The notes beneath the pieces are model-generated. The model did not search any database and was not told the origin of the DNA. It saw only the letters and a program-made list of their open reading frames with translations. A stretch of DNA of 64,000 bases from contig OZ243956.1 of NCBI GenBank assembly GCA_965214405.1, positions 2,400,001 through 2,464,000 on the forward strand, read 5' to 3'. The position numbers and the translations under genes are program-made. Origin of the DNA: Trueperaceae bacterium (GTDB lineage Bacteria > Deinococcota > Deinococci > Deinococcales > Trueperaceae). Below are positions 51,491 through 58,912 of this stretch, in pieces; the stretch's first letter is position 1, and each line of letters opens with the position of its first letter.

Positions 51491-52351
51491 ATGCTTACCT
51501 TTACCGAAGTTATACCCGCTACCCCTACCTCTTCTTCTGTTCCCGTTCCCGCCACATCCACCGCTACCGCCGCGGCCCTCGAGCTTTTACACCAAAGCAC
51601 CGCCCACCTCATGTCCTCGTCAGGCTGGAAAGCCGCTTTGGCGTTCAAGGCTTTTCACCCCTACAGCTTTTTCAACGTCTCGCTGATTCTGTCCCAGCGT
51701 CCCGACGCCACGCTGGTGGCCGGGTACAAGCGCTGGCAGGAGCTGGGCCGCTGTGTCTGCGAAGGAGAAGAAGGCATCGCCATCCTAGCTCCGCTCTTCC
51801 GGAAAGACCCGGACGACCCAGGCAGGCAACTCCTCAACGGCTACAAGCGCGTCTACGTGTATGACGTGTCGCAGACCGAGGGGGACCCCGTAGCAGCGCC
51901 TGCCACCTCTAGGCGCTTAGAAGGCGATGGTGAGGCGGTACAACGGGCGCTGATTACTTTAGAGGCGTTTGCTGTTGGCGAAGGCTTTACCGTTGAGCAC
52001 GAGCTGGAACTGGGGCAGGTGCTGGGGGCTTACTGGCCTCACATCGGCAAGATTTCCTTGCACGCTGTCTTGTCGCCTTTACAGAGGCTCAGGACCTTTG
52101 TGCATCTGGTATCTCATGCCTTATTGCATGACCCCACCGACAGCGCCCGCGCCAAGCTTGAGGCCGAGAGCTGTGCCTTTTTAGTTCTTTATCGCTTGGG
52201 GCTGGACACGAGCGAGTATAGGTTCTCTTACCTCGCCCGGTGGCCTGCTGACGGATTAGAGACAGTTCTAGCGGCGGGGGACAGAGCCTCCAAGACAGCA
52301 GAGCGTATCTGCGCCACGCTGATAACAGCAGCCGAGCTGGTGTTCGAATAG
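51491..52351 (+). CDS. ArdC-like ssDNA-binding protein with degenerate zincin domain
   Basis: FHPYSFFN..LI..QRPDAT.VAGYKRWQELGR.V..GE.GI.I.AP, VYDVSQTEG, EAES.AF, Y...W. Confidence 0.82.
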   Translation: MLTFTEVIPATPTSSSVPVPATSTATAAALELLHQSTAHLMSSSGWKAALAFKAFHPYSFFNVSLILSQRPDATLVAGYKRWQELGRCVCEGEEGIAILAPLFRKDPDDPGRQLLNGYKRVYVYDVSQTEGDPVAAPATSRRLEGDGEAVQRALITLEAFAVGEGFTVEHELELGQVLGAYWPHIGKISLHAVLSPLQRLRTFVHLVSHALLHDPTDSARAKLEAESCAFLVLYRLGLDTSEYRFSYLARWPADGLETVLAAGDRASKTAERICATLITAAELVFE

Positions 52352-52478
52352 GTGTAGTACCTATACCTAGACCCACATAGCCCTTCAGCACCTCTCATAT
52401 AAACCTTGAGCGCCAGCCCCCGCCAGGTCTGGCGTTTTTCTTTCCCTTTCACAACCCATCTCACAAAAGGAGAACATC

Positions 52479-52829
52479 ATGCACCTGTCCATCCTGTTCG
52501 AAGCCCTTACCACCCACTTCCACCTCGACGCCGCCAGTGAGGAGGTGGACCGGCTCGCCGCCGACTTCGTCGCCCGCTGCTCTAGTGCCTTTCACGAGAG
52601 CGGTAGCGCCTCATGCTGGCTCACTGTTGTTAGACCTGAAGGTTTAGGCCGCTATGAGGGCGTGCATCACCTGCTCCTCAGCTACGGCTTTGGGCTCGCC
52701 AAGCAAGCGCGTCTTAGGGGTGATGCGTATCTGGTCGGGGTGAGACTCTTAGCTCCCCCTTCTCAGCCTGACTCTGTCTTTTGTGGCCGCGTCACGGCTA
52801 CGCGCCCCACGGCGGAGGTTCTGGCGTGA
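52479..52829 (+). CDS. Hypothetical protein
   Basis: AAGGAG RBS; GTGA overlap with next gene. Confidence 0.6.
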   Translation: MHLSILFEALTTHFHLDAASEEVDRLAADFVARCSSAFHESGSASCWLTVVRPEGLGRYEGVHHLLLSYGFGLAKQARLRGDAYLVGVRLLAPPSQPDSVFCGRVTATRPTAEVLA

Positions 52830-53098
52830 ACACCCTACACTCCAACACCTCACACTCCTATACCCCACTCGCCTGCCCTCACTGCCACGGTGAGGGCTTC
52901 TTCGTTTATGACGGCGGGCCGGGATGTTTCGACGAACACTTTGGCAACTGGCTGCCCACGGAAATGTATATGCCCTGCCCCTGTTGTGGCGGCGTTGGTG
53001 AGGTCGAGCCCGAAGACGCCGTTGCGCCTGTTGTGAGTTCCGTTATACAGACACCGGGTGCAGTGCTTGATGCGAGTGACGAGGAGTTGCCTTTCTGA
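52826..53098 (+). CDS. Small DnaJ-type zinc-finger protein with SSB-like C-terminus
   Basis: CPHCHGEG and CPCCGGVG; ends DEELPF. Confidence 0.65.
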   Translation: MNTLHSNTSHSYTPLACPHCHGEGFFVYDGGPGCFDEHFGNWLPTEMYMPCPCCGGVGEVEPEDAVAPVVSSVIQTPGAVLDASDEELPF

Positions 53099-54270
53099 TG
53101 ACCCACCACTTTCGCAAGGATTATTGCAAGGGTTATGGTAAGCACAGCGAAACCTGTAAGCCCAACGCCGAGCCTCAGCACCTATGGCCTGATGAGACTT
53201 TAGGGGACACCATGCACCAGCTCTCCCGTCGCCGCACCGTCTACCTCATCGCCATCGGGCTGGGTCTGCCCCTACTGGTCTTCTCCTGGTGGAGCCAGCA
53301 GGCAATGGACCCTTTCATGCGTTACCTCTTCCCTCTGCTGGGTGCCTATCTCGTTTGGGCCTTTGTCACCCTGTGGTGCGACGTTGGAAGCGTCCGGCGG
53401 GTCGAAAAGAGCACCTTCTGGGTCTTGAGCATTCTCTGGCTGGGGATACTGACGCTGAGCCTCTACAGCGGGCAAGTTTTCGAGACACCCTGGGCGCAGC
53501 TCGTCTCCACGGTGATGTTCAACCTGTTCGTGCTCATGGTCTTGTCGCACCTCGTCTTCGCCACCCGCACGGGGCTGCGGGTCAACTTAGCGCTCTTAGG
53601 AGTTTCTACGCTCGTCGGCTTGGGCCGGTTGCTGCCCGACGCGCTGCGGGGCGCTCATCAGCAGGAGCTCGTCTGGTTCGTCCAGTTCGAGATTGCCTTG
53701 GCGGTTCTCTTAGGTTTTGTCTATGTGCTCGCCAAGAGCAAAGACGACTATATGCAGGCCGAACTCCAGGCGAGGGAACTCAGCCTTATCGCTTACAAGG
53801 ACGTACTCACTGGCAAGCCCAACCGCCGCTACTTGGAGGGCGAGCTCGCCACAAAACTCAAGGTGAGCGAGCGTTACGGGCGGCCCCTGTCGCTCATCTC
53901 TTTTGACCTAGACTGTTTCAAACTCATCAACGACACCTACGGGCACGGGGTGGGCGACGAGGTGTTGATAAAGGTCGCGCACTTGGTCGAGCCCCTACTG
54001 CGGGGGAGTGACACCTTCGGGCGCTGGGGCGGTGAGGAGTTCTTGGTCGTCGCGCCGGAGACCGAGCTTGAAGAGGCCGCGGCCCTGGCGGAGCGGTTGC
54101 GGGAGGCCGTCGAGGCGGCCTTTTACCCGCACGACGTGCCGGTCACGGCTAGCTTCGGGGTGGTGACGAGGACGGGCGGTATGGGCGCGTCGGAGCTGCT
54201 GGAAACAGCGGACAGGCGGCTCTACGCCGCCAAGCAGCGGGGCAGGAACCGGGTCGTGAGCGGGTTCTGA
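53098..54270 (+). CDS. Membrane-bound diguanylate cyclase
   Basis: About 6 TMs; DLDCFK.IND.YGH..GD, RGSD I-site, GGEEF; start may be 53212. Confidence 0.93.
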   Translation: MTHHFRKDYCKGYGKHSETCKPNAEPQHLWPDETLGDTMHQLSRRRTVYLIAIGLGLPLLVFSWWSQQAMDPFMRYLFPLLGAYLVWAFVTLWCDVGSVRRVEKSTFWVLSILWLGILTLSLYSGQVFETPWAQLVSTVMFNLFVLMVLSHLVFATRTGLRVNLALLGVSTLVGLGRLLPDALRGAHQQELVWFVQFEIALAVLLGFVYVLAKSKDDYMQAELQARELSLIAYKDVLTGKPNRRYLEGELATKLKVSERYGRPLSLISFDLDCFKLINDTYGHGVGDEVLIKVAHLVEPLLRGSDTFGRWGGEEFLVVAPETELEEAAALAERLREAVEAAFYPHDVPVTASFGVVTRTGGMGASELLETADRRLYAAKQRGRNRVVSGF

Positions 54271-54496
54271 CGTTAGCTAGCCACACGACATAAACTTACG
54301 CGCCTCGGCTTTCGTCGGGGCGCCCCTTCACTCGCCGCGCTTGGGGGGGTGACCGTGCGTAAGAACCACTAACCCACTCCGAAAACATGCGGCACAAAAG
54401 TTTGTAGAAGCGGCAAAAGGTACGTTTAGCGAAACGGCGCAACATAAAAATGGAAAATGACTCAACGAAAAAGCGAAATAGCGGCCATCATAAATC

Positions 54497-55069
54497 ATGC
54501 CAAAGACGATCCTGCTCAAGGAGCATCTGACATCGGCGCAACTTCATGAGCGCTACGAGAACAGTCGTGACAGCGTTCTCAGGCAACGCTGGAAAGCGCT
54601 CTACCTCACCTCAGCAGGCCTATCCGGGGCCGCGGTCGCACGTGAGCTTGGCAAGTCCCGTAGCTGGGTGTCGAGGGTTGTTTCTGATTACAACGCCTTC
54701 GGGCACGAATGGGCGAAGGTGCTACCCAGAGGTGAAGGGGGGCGCAAGCTCGAGATCACCTGTCAGGAGCTGCGATTACTACACTTGGCGATAAGTAAGG
54801 CAGCAACGCGGGCGAGGCAAAAGAAGCTCAGGCACAAGGTCAACATCAAGGCGTTGGTGGGAGACCTGGAGGAGGCGACCGGGAAACGGAGGCCGGAGAG
54901 CACGGTCAGGAGGTACGTATGGCTACTCGCCACTCTCCAAGACGAGAGTCAGGTCGTGCCCGGCTATAAAGTGCGGCCCGAAGAACTGTCGCCGCGGCAA
55001 CAGCGAGAGTTGGAAGGGTTAAGCCACCGCTGCCTCGAAGAATTACGGGACGCAGGGCAGGAGGCGTAA
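54497..55069 (+). CDS. Stand-alone HTH protein related to IS630 OrfA DNA-binding region
   Basis: HL...L..RY....D...R.R...L.L...G.S...VA..LG.S..WV...V..YN..G pattern; no DDE OrfB follows. Confidence 0.6.
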   Translation: MPKTILLKEHLTSAQLHERYENSRDSVLRQRWKALYLTSAGLSGAAVARELGKSRSWVSRVVSDYNAFGHEWAKVLPRGEGGRKLEITCQELRLLHLAISKAATRARQKKLRHKVNIKALVGDLEEATGKRRPESTVRRYVWLLATLQDESQVVPGYKVRPEELSPRQQRELEGLSHRCLEELRDAGQEA

Positions 55070-55273
55070 ACATCCTTTTCCGATTGTGAGGGATCGGACG
55101 CCGGAAGGTGCTCTGCTACGATGGCCTCAGTCAGACGCGCAATCTCACGGCGGCGTACGTGCGGCTCCGCCATGACGCTGGTGAACGGGCGCTAGCCCAT
55201 GCCGGTGGTAGATCACCGGGCCACGCTGTTTTTTGGCCCGGATGCGGCATTCCCAAAGGTTGCGCAAAGTGAC

Positions 55274-55408
55274 TCAGCAGCATCCGTATACTGAAAGTAG
55301 AGGGCAGACGACGCCCTCGCGGCTGCCGCACGCGGCCGCAGGAAACCCAGACCCTTCCACGGCGGTCCCGGAACGAAGCTCGGACCGCCGCGCTCGTTGC
55401 AACGTCGG
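55274..55408 (+). ncRNA. Putative structured small RNA, unit 1
   Basis: Header ..CAGCATCCG-TATACT-GAAAGTA, three hairpins, AGACCCTTC single-stranded box; paralogue of unit 3. Confidence 0.55.
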
Positions 55409-55609
55409 TAGGCCCCAAGGGCGGACCGGCGAAATCCGTTTCGGCATATTGCAAACGTAAAAAGAACCACACTGAAGAGATAGTAGAAATTTTCATACGC
55501 TACCAAATGGGTAGTCGGCCGGATACATAAAAAGCTGGGGGCCGATTTTTACCGTCTGGCACGGCGAAAACGCGGAAACCCGCCCCGCCTGTGAAATATC
55601 TACACCCCC

Positions 55610-55721
55610 TTGACAGGGTTCGTATCATGAAAGTAAGCAAGCTCGAAGGCACCACACGAGCGAGCCGCCCCCAAGACCCCAACTTACAGATTAAGAGCGG
55701 GACGAGCGTCCTGGCCCTTTT
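55610..55721 (+). ncRNA. Putative structured small RNA, unit 2
   Basis: TTGAC-N8-TATCAT-GAAAGTA, GCTCG/CGAGC stem, AGACCC box, GGGACG/CGTCCT stem and T-run. Confidence 0.4.
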
Positions 55722-55825
55722 GCTTTGCCTGGACTCTGCGGGGCCAAACCATAACAGGAGGTTTGTACGCCAAAGTGAGCCGTGCCCCCAGGGAGACGGC
55801 TTTTTTGGAATTTGCACAAGGGGCC

Positions 55826-55957
55826 TTGACAGCATCCGTAAGATGAAAGTAGAGGGTAGGCAATACCCTCGCGGCTGCCAACGCAGCCACAAAAACTTAG
55901 ACCCTTCTCCGGCGGTCCTGGCGCAAAGCTTGGGCCGCCGCCCTTTTGTAACGTCGG
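55826..55957 (+). ncRNA. Putative structured small RNA, unit 3
   Basis: TTGAC-N8-TAAGAT-GAAAGTA, three hairpins with compensatory changes relative to unit 1, T-run. Confidence 0.58.
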
Positions 55958-56053
55958 CACGTTTGGCTTAGGACGTGCCCCAACCATAGAAATCCCGCTT
56001 TTCAACTCGAAAGGAAAACCCATGTAGCGAGACCTGACAAATCATCATAGGAC

Positions 56054-56082
56054 GAGCGAGGTTACTTGACCTCGCTCTTTTT
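56054..56082 (+). terminator. Intrinsic terminator
   Basis: GAGCGAGG/CCTCGCTC stem followed by TTTTT. Confidence 0.7.
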
Positions 56083-56283
56083 GTTGTCTTTCAAATTCTC
56101 ACATCACCCGTCTGGGTAAGCATTAACAAAGGAGTGCAAGATGAAGTAATTGCTCCACACCAAAGCCCAGTGCTAGGCGGTCCCGCTGATGCACGCTCTG
56201 GCACCCATCCCGCAACGTTCAAAGCCCAAAGGTGCTCTCAAGCCCGTGAAATGTGGCGTTTTGACAGGATACTGAAACGCGCT

Positions 56284-56451
56284 TTGACGCTCCCACTAAG
56301 ACGAAGGTAAAGGCCGAAAAGTATCCCACGGCCTTGGTACGCACGGCTTCACCAAGTCGCGGCAAAATCCAACGCCGCGGCTTCGTTCATGTAGGCCCAA
56401 CAATTCACACAGCCACCCAAAGGGGTAGAACGCACGTTCTGCCCCTTTTTT
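56284..56451 (+). ncRNA. Unit 4: structured leader/attenuator upstream of the excisionase
   Basis: TTGAC-N8-TAAGAC-GAAGGTA, two hairpins, AACAATTCACACA box, terminator AGGGGTAGAACG/CGTTCTGCCCCT plus T-run. Confidence 0.5.
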
Positions 56452-56495
56452 GTTGCCGTGTGAGCTGGCGAGGTCAAGCTTTTTAGGAGACTTCT

Positions 56496-56726
56496 ATGTA
56501 TTCTGATCTTTCACAAGATTCTAACACCCAATCCACCCTTCCCAAGGCGTTAACGGTGGATGAATTCCACGCCGCCATCGGCGGCATCATTGGGTACAAG
56601 ACCCTTTATGAGTACGCCCGGAGCGGGCGGCTCCGCGCTATACGCGTTGGCGAAAAAAGAGGCAAGTTCCTCATCTTGCGTAGCGAGGTGGACGACTTCT
56701 TTACCAGAGAGGCGGGGAAGAACTAA
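56496..56726 (+). CDS. Excisionase-like HTH_17 DNA-binding protein
   Basis: LTVDE....G....TLY...RSG.LRAIRVG...KFLI.RSEVD.F. Confidence 0.82.
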   Translation: MYSDLSQDSNTQSTLPKALTVDEFHAAIGGIIGYKTLYEYARSGRLRAIRVGEKRGKFLILRSEVDDFFTREAGKN

Positions 56727-56727
56727 C

Positions 56728-58467
56728 ATGAATGTTACCGCCGACCCCACCTTCGACACGTCGGAGGTCAAACGCCTCCTCAAACAACTCAAGGCGTACA
56801 ACAGCGAGGGCCGCCTGGATGACCGGGCAGCCTCCCTTCTTGAGGAGGCGCGGTTTGTGGCGCAAAGCTATAAATTTTTTGGTGAGCCCAATGACGAACA
56901 GAAGTTGCGGGCACTTGTTGAGCCCCCGACGGCGCTCCGTGACGCGCTGGCGAACGAGCAGGGGGCGCTCCCCTGGCCGAAACCGTCGCCGCTGCCGCCC
57001 CTGACGCCCCCCGCACCCGTCATGACCCCCGACCTGCTCCCGGAGCCGTTGCGGGGCTGGCTCATTGACGCCGCGGCGCGCCACAGCGTGCATATCGAGA
57101 TGATTGCGGTGGCCGCGGTTGTAGCCGCCGCGTCCCTCTTAGGTCGCGTCGTGGGTTTGCATCCCAAGGAGTATGACTTGGGTTGGCTGGAAACCAGCAA
57201 CCTCTGGGGGGCGGTGGTCGCGCCTCCCAGCTCCCGCAAAACGCAAGCCATCAACGAAGGAATGCGCTTTGTGCGTGAACTTCAGAGCGAACTTATCGAG
57301 CAGCACCGCGACGAGCAGGTGGGGCGGGGCGTCAAGAAGGAGATCGCCGAGCTGGAGATTGGGCAGCTCAAGCGCAAGGCCGCTGGCGCGAAGGGCAGCC
57401 CCGGCAGTATCGAGACTGAGCTGGTCGAGAAGATGCAGGCACTCCAAAGCTATGACGTGCCGGAGCCGCGCCTGTACGTCAACGACACCAGTGTAGAAAA
57501 ACTCGGCGATTTGCTCGCTAAGAACCCGCGGGGGCTGCTCTTCTACCGCGACGAACTCGCGGGGCTACTCGCGGACATGGACAAGCACGGCAACGAGGGC
57601 CAGCGCGCCTTCATGCTCGAAGCCTGGAACGGCAAAGGGTCCTACACCTTTGACCGTATCGGTCGGGGCACGCTGCATATCCCGGCGGTCAACCTCTCCG
57701 TGATTGGCGGCATCCAACCTGGCAAGCTCAAACCACTGGTTAACGGGGCCATCCAAGGGAACACCGGGGCGGACGGGCTCTTGCAGCGATTCCAGCTCGT
57801 CGCCTATCCCGACCGGGCACCCAACTGGCACCGGGTAGACCGGGAGCCCGACAAGGAAGCCGAAGCGCGGGCGTTCAATATCTACCGCAGCCTGATGGAG
57901 TTGCAGCCGGATGATGTGGGTGCTGTAACAGACCGCTCGGATGGGATCGGCACGCTGCACTTCGCGCCCGACGCCCAGAGCGCCTTCAACACGTGGCTAG
58001 ACGAGCACGTGCCGCGTTCTCAGTCGCTACTTTACGAAGAGGCTCCCGCCTTTCAGTCGTACCTGGCAAAACTCCAAACGCTGGTGGTGCGTCTCGCCCT
58101 GGTGTTTCACATGATCGACGTGGTGGACGGCGCGATGCCCGGCCCCGTGTCGCTCAAGGCGCTAAATATGGCGCTCGCTTGGGCGCGGCTCGCCGAGCAA
58201 CACGCGAGGAAGATTTACGCCACCGAACTCAATACAGACCTGCGCAGGGCTTTGGACATCACCGACCTTATCAAGCGGGGCGAAATCAGAGACGGCGTGA
58301 ACGTCCGCGACATCTACAAGGGTCGCAGCCTCGGTAACGCCGAGGCGGTCAATCGGTCGCTAACCATCCTCGCGGAGCACCACTGGCTGCGTGTGGAGGA
58401 GCAACCCAACCCCGGCGCGAGGCCGAGCAGCGTCGTGCGGCTCAACCCGGAGCTTGCCCTCGGCTAA
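56728..58467 (+). CDS. DUF3987/YfjI family P-loop protein (putative replication helicase-like)
   Basis: NLWG.VV.PPS.RKT, D.SVEKL..LL..NPRGLL..RDEL.G, LEAWNG, DRIGRG, GGIQP, DGLLQRF. Confidence 0.85.
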   Translation: MNVTADPTFDTSEVKRLLKQLKAYNSEGRLDDRAASLLEEARFVAQSYKFFGEPNDEQKLRALVEPPTALRDALANEQGALPWPKPSPLPPLTPPAPVMTPDLLPEPLRGWLIDAAARHSVHIEMIAVAAVVAAASLLGRVVGLHPKEYDLGWLETSNLWGAVVAPPSSRKTQAINEGMRFVRELQSELIEQHRDEQVGRGVKKEIAELEIGQLKRKAAGAKGSPGSIETELVEKMQALQSYDVPEPRLYVNDTSVEKLGDLLAKNPRGLLFYRDELAGLLADMDKHGNEGQRAFMLEAWNGKGSYTFDRIGRGTLHIPAVNLSVIGGIQPGKLKPLVNGAIQGNTGADGLLQRFQLVAYPDRAPNWHRVDREPDKEAEARAFNIYRSLMELQPDDVGAVTDRSDGIGTLHFAPDAQSAFNTWLDEHVPRSQSLLYEEAPAFQSYLAKLQTLVVRLALVFHMIDVVDGAMPGPVSLKALNMALAWARLAEQHARKIYATELNTDLRRALDITDLIKRGEIRDGVNVRDIYKGRSLGNAEAVNRSLTILAEHHWLRVEEQPNPGARPSSVVRLNPELALG

Positions 58468-58595
58468 GCGTCACGGGAACGCGCGTTTGACAGGCGGACA
58501 AACTGGACGAACCCGCAGCTTGGCGGTTTGTCCGGTTTATCCGCCGCACAACCACGACTTTCTTACATGTTTGGTCCCCATCCAAAGGAGTCACC

Positions 58596-58787
58596 ATGCC
58601 CACCCTCACCGTAAACCTGTCCTTGTTCATCTTGGCAGCTCTTGCCCGGAACGAGTCGGACTACCACGCCACCAGCCAACTGTTAATGGCTATGTCCGCC
58701 GTGCTCGGTTTGCACGGCATCGTCTGGGGAGCCGACATGCAGCGCATGTTCCAAGACGCTCTACCCGAAGAAAGGAGACAAACGTGA
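58596..58787 (+). CDS. Small hypothetical protein
   Basis: AAGGAG RBS, between DUF3987 gene and integrase. Confidence 0.5.
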   Translation: MPTLTVNLSLFILAALARNESDYHATSQLLMAMSAVLGLHGIVWGADMQRMFQDALPEERRQT

Positions 58788-58857
58788 TCGACCACAGGAG
58801 CCGGTAACCGGCTGGCTCCGCCTTAACAATTGCACACAACCCAACATAAGTCACCTG

Positions 58858-58889
58858 AGGCCCATCCGCGCGGATGGGCCTTCTTCTTT
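58858..58889 (+). terminator. Terminator/attenuator upstream of the integrase
   Basis: Perfect palindrome AGGCCCATCCGCGCGGATGGGCCT then TCTTCTTT. Confidence 0.7.
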
Positions 58890-58912
58890 CACAACGACCC
58901 AGGAGGTCAACA

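Noticed and set aside
55348..55355. CAGACCCT shared between unit 1 and the MITE end (bridge/guide RNA idea)
   Set aside because: An 8-nt match is expected by chance, and no IS110 or TnpB protein is present
55131..56023. Short ORFs across the array region
   Set aside because: Mutually overlapping, no RBS or motifs; conservation between units follows base-pairing, not codons
55260..56451. CRISPR array or canonical sigma70 promoters
   Set aside because: Spacing is irregular (336, 216, 458 bp), repeats are degenerate and no cas genes are present. TTGACA has no good TAnnnT 16-18 bp downstream
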